A stretch of 64,000 nucleotides of DNA, from NCBI GenBank assembly GCA_018304385.1, contig JAGVWJ010000005.1, forward strand, positions 2,814 to 66,813, read 5' to 3'. Position numbers and translations under genes: made by a program. A model generated the notes under the pieces. That model was not told the origin of the DNA and searched no databases. It saw only the letters and a program-made list of their open reading frames with translations. This document shows, in pieces, positions 17,747 to 26,611 of this stretch; positions within the stretch are counted from its first letter, which is position 1; each line of letters begins with the position of its first letter. Origin of the DNA: Candidatus Micrarchaeota archaeon. Its GTDB lineage: Archaea; Micrarchaeota; Micrarchaeia; Anstonellales; Bilamarchaeaceae.

Positions 17747-17829
17747 ACCTCTTCAATTTATAAAAATTGATAAGAAATGTTTTATAACAAAGGGTATTTA
17801 AATGTTTACGGAGGTGGAAAATCCAGTAT

Positions 17830-18708
17830 TTACAGTCTACTTACCTTCGTTGCTTCAGGTGACCTAGCTATTTCAATTGCTTTTCCATGATACTCTACTG
17901 CATATGCCCTAAATTCTTCAGCACTTGCAATTCTATCTATTCTTTCATAATTAGCTGCAACCTTGTCCAATACAGAAGCAGCTCTATCATATGCATCTCT
18001 TATAGCTTGATACTGTTCAACAGATTGAGAATATCTAAGACTGCGGCGTGTAGCAAGAGCTATTTTAACATTTGCGCTGAATGCCTTCATGTACATTCTT
18101 CGCTCTTTTTCATGGTCTCCAAGTTTAGCATATAAGTCCCCTCCTAGTGTATAAAGCTCTGGAAGAAAACTAGCAAAATGCATATCTGATATAGCAGACT
18201 CAACAATCCTTATTGCCTTTTGAATAAGTTCTAAATGATTGCCATTACTACCTGGAATTGCCTGTCTAAGATCAGCAGCATGAGCGAATGCAGCTGCAGC
18301 TTCTACTGGCTTACCACTTTTTTCGAAACCAAGACCTCTTTTAATCAAGGTGGATATTGTTTCACGATGAAGACTAGATGCCTTTGTATAGCATTTTCTA
18401 GCATTTTCTCTATCATGGGACACTGTGTAATAACCTGCTGCCCTTCTATATAATAATGCAGCCTTCTCATAATCGCCATTTTGTTCTGCAATGGCCGCAT
18501 CTTGCTCGTAGATGCTTGCGGCAGATTTTAAATTTCCTTTGCTAGACGGTTCGCTAGATCTAACAACTATCTGTGCTGTAGCTGGTGCAGTAGTTATATG
18601 TGGTTTCTGTGCTGCGCAACCCATAGCAATAGTTGCAACCAATGGTGCTAAAAGTCTAAAATTGACATTAGCAGACCTACCTGATGCTGACTGATAATTT
18701 AGTTTCAT
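17830..18708 (-). CDS. TPR/SNAP-like all-helical lipoprotein
   Basis: Signal peptide with lipobox (LVATIAMGC|A). Repeated helical hairpins with A..Y..A signatures (YEKAALLYRRAAGYY, ARKCYTKAS, AIRDAYDRAA). Confidence 0.6.
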   Translation of the reverse strand: MKLNYQSASGRSANVNFRLLAPLVATIAMGCAAQKPHITTAPATAQIVVRSSEPSSKGNLKSAASIYEQDAAIAEQNGDYEKAALLYRRAAGYYTVSHDRENARKCYTKASSLHRETISTLIKRGLGFEKSGKPVEAAAAFAHAADLRQAIPGSNGNHLELIQKAIRIVESAISDMHFASFLPELYTLGGDLYAKLGDHEKERRMYMKAFSANVKIALATRRSLRYSQSVEQYQAIRDAYDRAASVLDKVAANYERIDRIASAEEFRAYAVEYHGKAIEIARSPEATKVSRL

Positions 18709-18851
18709 TCAAATACACCTCATTATTTCTAAGTATTTTTTTATATCAAGTTAGATGAATACAACTGATCGAGCAATCATTCTAACTGAAAAATTGTAAA
18801 AATATATTAGCTTGGAAAGATTAATAAATATATGTAAATGTGTGATTGTGA

Positions 18852-18956
18852 TTATTTCTTTTTTAGTGGTTTTTGTTTTTCTAAGAATAAGTACTCATAA
18901 ACAAAACTAGCAAGTAGCGCTCCGAATATCGGGCCTACCCAATAGATAAATTGTGT
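18852..18956 (-). pseudogene. orphan 3' fragment of an aquaporin gene
   Basis: Hand translation gives ...STQFIYWVGPIFGALLASFVYEYLFLEKQKPLKKK*. The intact AqpM C-terminus reads ...APQFIYWVGPIFGALIAGFVYEYLFLKEAKLGKK*. No upstream coding part is present. Confidence 0.8.
18934..18955. repeat. 22-bp perfect direct repeat CCTACCCAATAGATAAATTGTG (partner 19810-19831)
   Basis: Read directly. Identity ends abruptly on the high-coordinate side of both copies, at 18956 and 19832. The ~80 nt on the low-coordinate side of each copy (18852-18933 vs 19731-19809) are only ~75% similar. Confidence 0.85.
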
Positions 18957-18973
18957 AGAATTTTGAGGATAAA

Positions 18974-19726
18974 TTAAAGAAAAAATGGAGCAAAAAAATA
19001 ACCTATTGCCCCTACAATTGCACCGCCAATGCCCCCTATAACTGGTGAAAGAATACTAAGTACAAGATCTGATCCACTTGCAGCCATTTCATAACGCCCT
19101 GTACCAATAACAAAATATGAAATAACATTGAGTGGTAACCATACACTAAACCAAATCCAAAGAAGAATAATTCCTTGAATAACTAACCCAAGATCAAAAC
19201 CATTTTTAGTAAGTACCATAGAGGTGTAAAATGAAAGGACGATCATACCTATGATTAAAGTAAACATAAAAAAGAATCTTCTCAAAAGTTCTGACTTATG
19301 GAATAGAAGTAAAAAGATAACCGAAATTGAAACAACTATGGGCGGTGCTAAAAAATTAATGAGAATGCCTTTTGCTTGTACAAAATATATGTAATTTGTA
19401 TATATACTCACAAAAAACAACAGAGGAATAGAAAACAAAGACAATAGAAAAAAAAGTACGCCTATGGGAAAGAGTAATTTAAATCTACTAAAGCATATAA
19501 TAGCCAAAACAAATGAACCTCCACCAACCATAAATATGATAGATATATCAACATTAAATGGTGGTAATAAACCATTCAAAAAAAGACCAGTAACCAGCCA
19601 GAATATTATTAAACCGCTAGTTGAAAACAGGAGGCGTTTAAGATCAAGAGAAAAACCAAATTCTTCTCTTGGAATTTTTTCTTTTAAGATTTCTTTAGAA
19701 TTTTTTGGCTTCATAAGTACAACCAA
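18974..19726 (-). CDS. polytopic membrane protein, unknown function
   Basis: 250-aa ORF with 6-7 hydrophobic helices and a Gly-rich C-terminus (GGIGGAIVGAIGYFF). It starts 4 nt after the aqpM stop and ends 17 nt before the aquaporin fragment. Confidence 0.55.
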   Translation of the reverse strand: MVVLMKPKNSKEILKEKIPREEFGFSLDLKRLLFSTSGLIIFWLVTGLFLNGLLPPFNVDISIIFMVGGGSFVLAIICFSRFKLLFPIGVLFFLLSLFSIPLLFFVSIYTNYIYFVQAKGILINFLAPPIVVSISVIFLLLFHKSELLRRFFFMFTLIIGMIVLSFYTSMVLTKNGFDLGLVIQGIILLWIWFSVWLPLNVISYFVIGTGRYEMAASGSDLVLSILSPVIGGIGGAIVGAIGYFFAPFFL

Positions 19727-19730
19727 TTAA

Positions 19731-20405
19731 TTATTTCTTCCCTAATTTCGCCTCTTTTAAAAATAAATATTCATAAACAAAGCCCGCAATTAATGCGCCG
19801 AATATTGGACCTACCCAATAGATAAATTGTGGCGCCCATATACCACTTGCCAATGCAGGACCGAATGCGCGTGCGGGATTCATTGCTGCACCAGTTTGTG
19901 TACCGCCCATCACTATATCATATATTAATACTGCACCTATTGCAAATCCAAAGAAGCCAGCTGGCGCTTGTTTGTTTACTGCAACGCCATAAATAGTTAG
20001 AATCAAGAAGAATGTAAGGACTGCTTCTAAAAGCATACCAAATCCAAAACCAAGCTCTGCTGGAAAACCATAAAGCTGCTCTCCGCTCGCTTGTGGATAC
20101 AGAAATAATAATAACAAACCTGCAACGCTAGCGCCTAATAATTGCGAGATAATATAATACACTGCTTTTACTAGCTCGATGCGCTTATTCGCAAGCATAG
20201 CAATAGTTACAGCAGGATTAAAATGCGCTCCGCTTATATGCGCTAATGAATAAATCATGGTCATTAAAACTAAGCCATGTGCTAATGCTATTCCAACAAC
20301 GCTAACTGCGCCATTTGTAAGCCCATTGACTAGAACAGCACCTGCACCAATAAAGACTAAAGCGAATGTTCCAATGAATTCTGCTACGTAATTTTTAAGT
20401 GTCAT
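19731..20405 (-). CDS. aqpM: aquaporin (MIP family, AqpM-like)
   Basis: Two NPA boxes (HFNPAVT, AMNPARA) and six TM helices. 224 aa. Confidence 0.9.
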   Translation of the reverse strand: MTLKNYVAEFIGTFALVFIGAGAVLVNGLTNGAVSVVGIALAHGLVLMTMIYSLAHISGAHFNPAVTIAMLANKRIELVKAVYYIISQLLGASVAGLLLLFLYPQASGEQLYGFPAELGFGFGMLLEAVLTFFLILTIYGVAVNKQAPAGFFGFAIGAVLIYDIVMGGTQTGAAMNPARAFGPALASGIWAPQFIYWVGPIFGALIAGFVYEYLFLKEAKLGKK

Positions 20406-20526
20406 TAATGAAAAACTAAAAACTAAAGATTTTTAATATGAAGCCCTCCTATATTTTTTACTTTTTATAAGAAAATATTGAACGGCTGACGCGGAGGAAC
20501 CGCGTTGATTAGGAGGGCAAAAGACG

Positions 20527-21060
20527 ATGGGAATTAGACCTGCAAAAGCAATTAGAGATATAAATAAGGTTGCGTGGACACGATACTCGAAGAGCAAACC
20601 AAGAAAGTCATACATAAAGGCTATGCCACATCAGGATTTACAGCAGTTTAGAATGGGTATACAAAAAGAAGACTATGATGTTATATTAAATCTGGAATGC
20701 CAAGAAGATGTAATATTACGGGATAACACAATTGAAAGCGCTCGCCAAAGCGCAAACAAACTCTTAGAAAAGAACATACCTACTGGTTATTACTTTATTG
20801 TAAGGATTTTCCCGCACCACGTAATCAGAGAAAACAAAATGATTGCTGGAGCTGGAGCAGACCGTCTACAGAAAGGTATGCGACAAAGCTTTGGCAGACC
20901 AACTGATAAGGCAGCACGCGTATATTCTGGCAAAGCGCTATTTACTGTATATACATACAAGCAATACGAACAACTAATTAGGCAGTCACTCGAAAGAGCA
21001 AAAAGAAAACTATCTGGTAGATTTAAGATAATTGAAGCTAAAAAAGGAAAGGCAGCATAG
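20527..21060 (+). CDS. rpl10e: 50S ribosomal protein L10e (uL16)
   Basis: N-terminus MGIRPAKAIRDINKVAWTRYSKSKPRKSYIK, with the internal RIFPHHVIRENKM...GAGADRLQKGMR motif. Confidence 0.9.
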   Translation: MGIRPAKAIRDINKVAWTRYSKSKPRKSYIKAMPHQDLQQFRMGIQKEDYDVILNLECQEDVILRDNTIESARQSANKLLEKNIPTGYYFIVRIFPHHVIRENKMIAGAGADRLQKGMRQSFGRPTDKAARVYSGKALFTVYTYKQYEQLIRQSLERAKRKLSGRFKIIEAKKGKAA

Positions 21061-21179
21061 TTACTGCAACTAGTAATCAGCTTTTGGCAGTGGTTTTTAG
21101 TGTTAACATATATTTTTAAACCTATTATAACATAGTTATTTATACAACTTTAGTGAAATAACTGTAGAGGGGATATAGT

Positions 21180-22802
21180 ATGGCAGGGGAGGATCGTGTT
21201 AGCGTTGATGATGCACTAATCAGCACAGATGTTGATAAGTTAATAAGAACTATTTCTACTAAGAAAAGAGTAAATATATACGAACTAGAAAAAGAAACAG
21301 GCATACACAAAAAAACAATAGATAAATGGATCCATGTTTTAGAGGATGAAGGATACATCAGAATAGAATACAAATTCACAAATACTTATGTTGTTTGGCT
21401 CGGTGCAGTACCAGCTAGCGCTCCAGAGGAGGAAATAGAATATGAGGTAATTAAGGAGAGCGACTCACCATTCAAAACAGATATAAAAAATGAAATTGAA
21501 AAACCTGAAGTAACTGTGCCAGAGGTCGTTAGCAAACCGATAGAAACAGTACAAGAAATTGAAAAGGTAGATGAGGAAAATGGTAAAGAAGAAATCCCAA
21601 CTAATATCGAGGAACCAAAAGAGTATGAATCTATAAAAATTGAACAAATAAAGGAAAGAGTATACGCTTATAGCCCAAAAGAAACTGCAGAAAAGAAGAA
21701 GATAAAAGAGGTAGTAAACGAATATCTTGACGAAATAAACAGACAGAAAACTGAGATTGAAAAACTAAAGCAGGAGAAAGAAAAATTATACAGAAACAGG
21801 TATATGACATTGGAAAATAAAATAGAAGGAGATATCGTAGCTATAACAGAGCGCGTTTTGGAAAAGGAAAGTCGCATTTTAGAGCTTAAAGAAAGGGTAT
21901 TAGAGCTACCAGATAAGGTAGATGAAGTAGAAAAATTACACAAAACAATGGAAAGAATAGAGAGGGAAGGGCGCGCCATTATTAAGGTTACAAAAGGAAA
22001 GGTAACCGACTTTTTGGATCATCTAAAGAAATCAGAAGAAGCAATAAATGAAGGGATAGCAAGGGGAAAAGAAACAGTAGAAAACGAAAAAACCAAGGTT
22101 AACCAATTAGAACAGACAAGTATTTCTATAAATGAAAGAGTAGATAATATAAAATCAACAATCGATCAAACACAAGGTGCTATTGACCAACTTACAGATT
22201 CAATGAAAGAGATGCTAAATCAACTAGAAGAGGCAACTGAAACCAAGGTAGAGATAGCTGAGATTACCAATAGAGTAAGGGTATCTGTTGACAAAAAAGA
22301 ACAGGAGTTAGAAACATTAGAAAATGAATTAGTTGAAATCAAAAAACTAGAGCAATGGATAATGGAATATCTTAATGATTATGAAAACAAGATTGGCGAG
22401 ATAGAGCAATATGTTAAAAATAGTGACGATGAATTAGACAGAATAAGAGAAGCTGCTGAAGGAGAATATATAAGGAAATATCTAAAAGAACTCGAAGGCC
22501 TTACTAGCATGTATGAAACTGAGCTAGATTATGCAGTAGCAGAAGAAAAAGGAATAGAAGATAGGATTGGTGAGGCAAGAGGAAGATTAAACGAGTTAAT
22601 ATTAGATAGCAAAACCATGATAAAAAAACTTCATAAAGATTCTACAAGTTTAGAAGAATTTGAACCAGTTGTTAGAAAGGTAAGGGACAAAGCAGAAAAG
22701 ACAAAGAAAACTGTTGAGGAAAAGGAAAAGGAGCGCGACAGGCTTAGCGAGGATATTAGAGGAAGAAGGACAAAGAAGAGTAAGAAAGGGAAGAAGAAGT
22801 AG
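21180..22802 (+). CDS. long coiled-coil protein with N-terminal winged-helix domain
   Basis: 540 aa. N-terminal wHTH (VNIYELEKETGIHKKTIDKWIHVLEDEGYIRI), then ~400 aa of E/K-rich heptad sequence and a basic tail. Confidence 0.6.
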   Translation: MAGEDRVSVDDALISTDVDKLIRTISTKKRVNIYELEKETGIHKKTIDKWIHVLEDEGYIRIEYKFTNTYVVWLGAVPASAPEEEIEYEVIKESDSPFKTDIKNEIEKPEVTVPEVVSKPIETVQEIEKVDEENGKEEIPTNIEEPKEYESIKIEQIKERVYAYSPKETAEKKKIKEVVNEYLDEINRQKTEIEKLKQEKEKLYRNRYMTLENKIEGDIVAITERVLEKESRILELKERVLELPDKVDEVEKLHKTMERIEREGRAIIKVTKGKVTDFLDHLKKSEEAINEGIARGKETVENEKTKVNQLEQTSISINERVDNIKSTIDQTQGAIDQLTDSMKEMLNQLEEATETKVEIAEITNRVRVSVDKKEQELETLENELVEIKKLEQWIMEYLNDYENKIGEIEQYVKNSDDELDRIREAAEGEYIRKYLKELEGLTSMYETELDYAVAEEKGIEDRIGEARGRLNELILDSKTMIKKLHKDSTSLEEFEPVVRKVRDKAEKTKKTVEEKEKERDRLSEDIRGRRTKKSKKGKKK

Positions 22803-23366
22803 TTACTCTTTATTCCTGCTTCTGGCATCATCCACTGCTGCAAGCCAGGAATCTGCTATTTTTAATAGATAATTACCAAATGTTTTGCTAAATGAAATAC
22901 GCATTGGTCTGAATTTTCTTTTGCTTTCTAAAGCAACAATTGTATCCCGTTCTATTTTTATCATACCTACTCTGCGCAAGCGTGGCAAAACACGATTATA
23001 GAATGTTGCTTTTGAGAGGTTATTTGATTTTATATAATTTGAGATTTCTTCTCCAGTAATATGTGTTTTATCATTTAGCAGCTTTAAAAAACCTAGGCTA
23101 ACTTCATAATATTTTGATTGATATTTTTTTGAAAACACAAAATTTGTTAGTTCTTCCAATGTCCATAGATTGCGTGTTGCATTCTCATCCTTATCTTGAA
23201 AATTGCGAAGCTCTTCACTGTCAAAGCGGGGAAAATAAAGTGATTCGCTTGATGGCACGCCACGTGAGGCAATTGATTGGTTTTGGGTCTTGGGTCGTGA
23301 GTCTTGCGTTTCGGATTCTTCTTGGTCGCTCATTTTTTCACCGGTAAACATCATCATGGTGGCCAA
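22803..23366 (-). CDS. hypothetical protein with C-terminal winged-helix-like segment
   Basis: 187-aa ORF. ISNYIKSNNLSKATFYNRVLPRLRRVGMIKIERD resembles a wHTH. Confidence 0.45.
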   Translation of the reverse strand: MATMMMFTGEKMSDQEESETQDSRPKTQNQSIASRGVPSSESLYFPRFDSEELRNFQDKDENATRNLWTLEELTNFVFSKKYQSKYYEVSLGFLKLLNDKTHITGEEISNYIKSNNLSKATFYNRVLPRLRRVGMIKIERDTIVALESKRKFRPMRISFSKTFGNYLLKIADSWLAAVDDARSRNKE

Positions 23367-23640
23367 AATTAATAAAACGAACTACTTTTTCATTTTCTCT
23401 GATTTCAAAAATTAGAACGTAGCTACCAATATGAGTTCTGCAACAGCCTTTCAAAACGTTTCCTAGCTCTTTATAATGATGCGGATTTTCTAAAATCTGG
23501 CTTATTTTCTTCTTAACCCGTTCATATGTTTGAGGATCATGTTTGGCTAATTTTTTCATTAAATCAAAAAAATAAGCGCTTTGTTCAATTGAGTAGGGCA
23601 AAGGATCACCCGCTTTCTTTGATGGCCCTGTCCATTTCAT
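23338..23640 (-). CDS. RelE/ParE-superfamily toxin
   Basis: C-terminal pattern CRTHIGSYVLIFEIRENEKVVRFINFGHHDDVY. Overlaps the upstream small antitoxin-like gene. Confidence 0.65.
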   Translation of the reverse strand: MKWTGPSKKAGDPLPYSIEQSAYFFDLMKKLAKHDPQTYERVKKKISQILENPHHYKELGNVLKGCCRTHIGSYVLIFEIRENEKVVRFINFGHHDDVYR

Positions 23641-23818
23641 CTACCGAACTAAAGCTTACTTTTTTCCCTTTTTCCATCTCTTTTCTAAGTTCCTCAGTTT
23701 TCTTAATAAAGTTTTCTTTCATTGGCCTCTCATGTAGCTCTTCTTCTACGATGTTCATTATGTATTTATACTTAAGTAATTCTTCGTACTCGGTTTTTGA
23801 GATAGTAACACTTTCCAT
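23606..23818 (-). CDS. antitoxin-like small protein
   Basis: 70-aa acidic ORF immediately upstream of, and overlapping, the RelE-like gene. Confidence 0.5.
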   Translation of the reverse strand: MESVTISKTEYEELLKYKYIMNIVEEELHERPMKENFIKKTEELRKEMEKGKKVSFSSVDEMDRAIKESG

Positions 23819-23862
23819 CTTATCACCAACCAGTATATAGTTAAGAAGAAATAAAATACTTA

Positions 23863-24180
23863 CTAGCTGAACATTGATCCAAAACCAGCTTCTGCGCCTT
23901 CGTCTTCTGCAGATATTTTATCTAAGATTTTCTTCTCTTTCTCACCGCTGAGCACTGTCGCAACAGGCTTAAGCTTTTCATCTGCTTTTTTTATATTTTC
24001 CTCAGAAGAAGAAACATAAATGTAAATCTTTGACTTATCCTCGCCAAGGCTTGCACCTTCACGAAACTTATACCCAATACGCTCTAAGCTATCTGTTGCA
24101 AATTTGTCAGCCTCAAGAATTTTTAAAAGATCTTTCTTTTTTGATAGGTCGCACTCGTAAACGCGCTTCATGATAATCAA
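23863..24180 (-). CDS. small acidic protein with ribosomal-stalk-like C-terminal tail
   Basis: 105-aa ORF ending ...AEDEGAEAGFGSMFS. ATGA-type overlap with the upstream membrane-protein gene. Confidence 0.45.
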   Translation of the reverse strand: MIIMKRVYECDLSKKKDLLKILEADKFATDSLERIGYKFREGASLGEDKSKIYIYVSSSEENIKKADEKLKPVATVLSGEKEKKILDKISAEDEGAEAGFGSMFS

Positions 24181-25055
24181 CTATAATCCTCTTCTTCTTT
24201 TTCTTCTTTCCTTTCCTTTTCTTTAATCTCTTCTTTTTCCTCTTTCTTTTCTTCCTTTTCTTTTCTCTTTTCTCTTTTCTTAGATTTATATTTAGTTGAA
24301 GCTGCTGCAACTGCAGGTGTAGCTGTAACTTTTCCACTTATAATTTTCTGAAAATAAAGTATCATGGCAGTATAAACTATTGGGAAACTAACAAAAAAGG
24401 TAATTATATTAATGACAGGAACAAACTGTGTAAGCCAAACTATTGCATATGCAACATATAAAATTAAAGCAAACACATGTGTGAATTTTAAAAACTTAAA
24501 ACAGTTCTTAAGTGAATCCTTTATTCCAGAATCATAAACTGCTGCTGAAACAAATGCGCCATAAAATACATAGTGTACGATAAATGTAAATAATAAGGAA
24601 AAAAATGCCACAATTGCGTCTGCATAAGGAAGATTCCAATTTTTTATTACGAAAAAGTAAAGTGCAGCTAGAACACCAGTTGGCAGTAATTCGAAAAAAG
24701 AACGGACTAAAAACAAACCAAAAAACCGTGGTGCCTTTTTTAATGAATAATGATAGAAATCAAAAAAACTAACCTTATCGCCATTTAGTACGTTCAAATA
24801 TCCATTCAACGCAGCACCTTTTACACCTGAAGAGAAATAGAAGAATAAAATTGCCAGGATAATAGCTAATGCAATTAATGGCGGTGAATCAACTGGAACT
24901 TTTACAACAGATGCAATAAAAAATCCAATAAGAAAAACACCAAGTAAGGCGAATAAAACAAGCAATTGTAATGCTAAATGAATAAATGCAACGCCAACAA
25001 ACGGAACTGGCTTGCTTGTATAAGAGGAAATTGCACGCTGAATAGAATCGAACAT
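24177..25055 (-). CDS. polytopic membrane protein with Lys/Glu-rich C-terminal tail
   Basis: 292-aa ORF with about 6 TM helices. Tail KKREKRKEKEEKKEEKEEIKEKERKEEKEEEDYS is encoded by the purine/pyrimidine tract at 24180-24290. Confidence 0.55.
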   Translation of the reverse strand: MFDSIQRAISSYTSKPVPFVGVAFIHLALQLLVLFALLGVFLIGFFIASVVKVPVDSPPLIALAIILAILFFYFSSGVKGAALNGYLNVLNGDKVSFFDFYHYSLKKAPRFFGLFLVRSFFELLPTGVLAALYFFVIKNWNLPYADAIVAFFSLLFTFIVHYVFYGAFVSAAVYDSGIKDSLKNCFKFLKFTHVFALILYVAYAIVWLTQFVPVINIITFFVSFPIVYTAMILYFQKIISGKVTATPAVAAASTKYKSKKREKRKEKEEKKEEKEEIKEKERKEEKEEEDYS

Positions 25056-25108
25056 GGTTGATTTATCAAAGATAAAGTATTTAAATATTATATTGTGATT
25101 TCCTCTTC

Positions 25109-26578
25109 ATGACTAATATTAAGGTATCACGCTGTATGTCAACGCAGCACCCAGATAATATAAATACACCGTTCTTTTCCGACAGCGAGGTACTAACTGG
25201 AGAGGCAGAGATAAAGGAGGCATTCTATGTATTCTCTCAGCTTGGCTGCAGAGAGCAAATGTGGGATAGCGAAGGAAAGGAAGTTGATGATGAGGTAATT
25301 GAAAAATTGCTTTCTAAATATACTGAATTCTTCAAAAAGAATATAATCGGTAAGGACGTCTTCCTAACTTACCGTGTGCCTAATCCAAGCGTTCAAAAAG
25401 AGCAAGGAAAGGTATTATTAGAAACACTGCATAGCATCCCACGCGCATTTGATGTTGCCGGCGTGCTTGGCCAAAACGTAGCACCGATATTTGAGGTAAT
25501 ATTGCCAATGACTACAACCCATGCTGAGATTGAGATGGTAAAAAATTATTATGAACGCGTTATAGTTGGTCAAAAAAATGCAAAGGTTTATCCTTCAAAA
25601 ACAGTCAAGGAATGGGTTGGCGATTTCCAGCCAGAGCATATAAATGTTATTCCGCTATTCGAAACTTTTGAGGCATTCCGTGATGCTCCTGGGATAATCG
25701 AGGAATATGTAAAAGGCAAGCGTTTAGAGTATCAGCGCGTGTTCCTTGCGCGAAGCGATCCAGCACTTAATTATGGAAGTGCTAGTGCGGTGCTTATGGC
25801 TAAGGTTGCTTTACTAGAATTGCACGAAGTACAGGAAAAGACCAGTGTTGAGATACTACCTATTCTTGGTGTTGGCAGCGCGCCATTTCGAGGAAACTTC
25901 ACCCCAGATAATGTAAGCAATTGCGGTGATGAATACCCAAGTGTGCAAACATTTACTGTACAATCCTCTTTCAAATATGATCATCCTTTTAGGGATGTTG
26001 CAAATGCAATTGATATTTTGAATCTAAGTCACAGACGCCCACCCTTGCCAATAGACAAGAAAAAAGCATTGAAATTTATCCATAAGATAAAGAACGAATA
26101 CCAGAAACAAATAGTGAGCTTAGCTGATTTAATTAATAGTATTGCTAAATACGTACCAGAGCGCCGTGGTAGAAAACTCCATGTAGGCTTGTTTGGATAT
26201 TCACGTTCTCTTAGGGGTATAAGTCTGCCCCGTGCGATAAAGTTTTGCGCTGCATTTTATTCCTTGGGAGTACCATCCGAGCTTTTGGGTTTAAACGCGC
26301 TTAGTGAGAAAGAATTCGAAGAATTGCATGAAATTTATGTTAAGCTAGATGAAGATTTGATAGATATTTGCAAATATGTTAATCTATCAAATATAAAGAA
26401 AATGCCTAATGCTGTAAAGAATGGCTTGCTTAAAGTGCTGGAATGGACAGAATATGAAGAAAATGAAGAATATGTTGAAATAACTTCCAACATTTATAAT
26501 GCAATTTCAAAAGGACAGAGCGCAACGCTAGTTGAAGATATTAAGCGCGCAGCATGGATGAGAAGATTTTTAGGATAG
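25109..26578 (+). CDS. ppcA: archaeal-type phosphoenolpyruvate carboxylase
   Basis: N-terminal signature R.MSTQHPDN. Length ~490 aa, typical of atPEPC. Confidence 0.85.
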   Translation: MTNIKVSRCMSTQHPDNINTPFFSDSEVLTGEAEIKEAFYVFSQLGCREQMWDSEGKEVDDEVIEKLLSKYTEFFKKNIIGKDVFLTYRVPNPSVQKEQGKVLLETLHSIPRAFDVAGVLGQNVAPIFEVILPMTTTHAEIEMVKNYYERVIVGQKNAKVYPSKTVKEWVGDFQPEHINVIPLFETFEAFRDAPGIIEEYVKGKRLEYQRVFLARSDPALNYGSASAVLMAKVALLELHEVQEKTSVEILPILGVGSAPFRGNFTPDNVSNCGDEYPSVQTFTVQSSFKYDHPFRDVANAIDILNLSHRRPPLPIDKKKALKFIHKIKNEYQKQIVSLADLINSIAKYVPERRGRKLHVGLFGYSRSLRGISLPRAIKFCAAFYSLGVPSELLGLNALSEKEFEELHEIYVKLDEDLIDICKYVNLSNIKKMPNAVKNGLLKVLEWTEYEENEEYVEITSNIYNAISKGQSATLVEDIKRAAWMRRFLG

Positions 26579-26611
26579 ATAGCTTCGCGAATTATAAACA
26601 GTGGCATTTTT

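Noticed and set aside
17251-17801. Plus-strand ORFs (79 and 125 aa) opposite the Ala-rich repeat gene
   Set aside because: These are shadow ORFs created by GCN-rich codons on the other strand (Leu/Ser/Pro-rich nonsense). The minus-strand reading has the in-frame repeat structure.
20443-20518. Long-range complementarity (GCCCTCCT ... AGGAGGGC) upstream of rpl10e, considered as a structured leader
   Set aside because: The right arm is simply the Shine-Dalgarno-like AGGAGGG of rpl10e, and the 8-bp match spans the promoter itself. This is insufficient to call a regulatory structure.
24113-24337. Purine/pyrimidine-rich tract first considered as a simple-sequence repeat, plus an alternative 74-aa Lys-rich ORF
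   Set aside because: The tract encodes the Lys/Glu-rich C-terminal tail of the 24177-25055 membrane protein in frame. The alternative-frame ORF is an artefact of the same low-complexity DNA.
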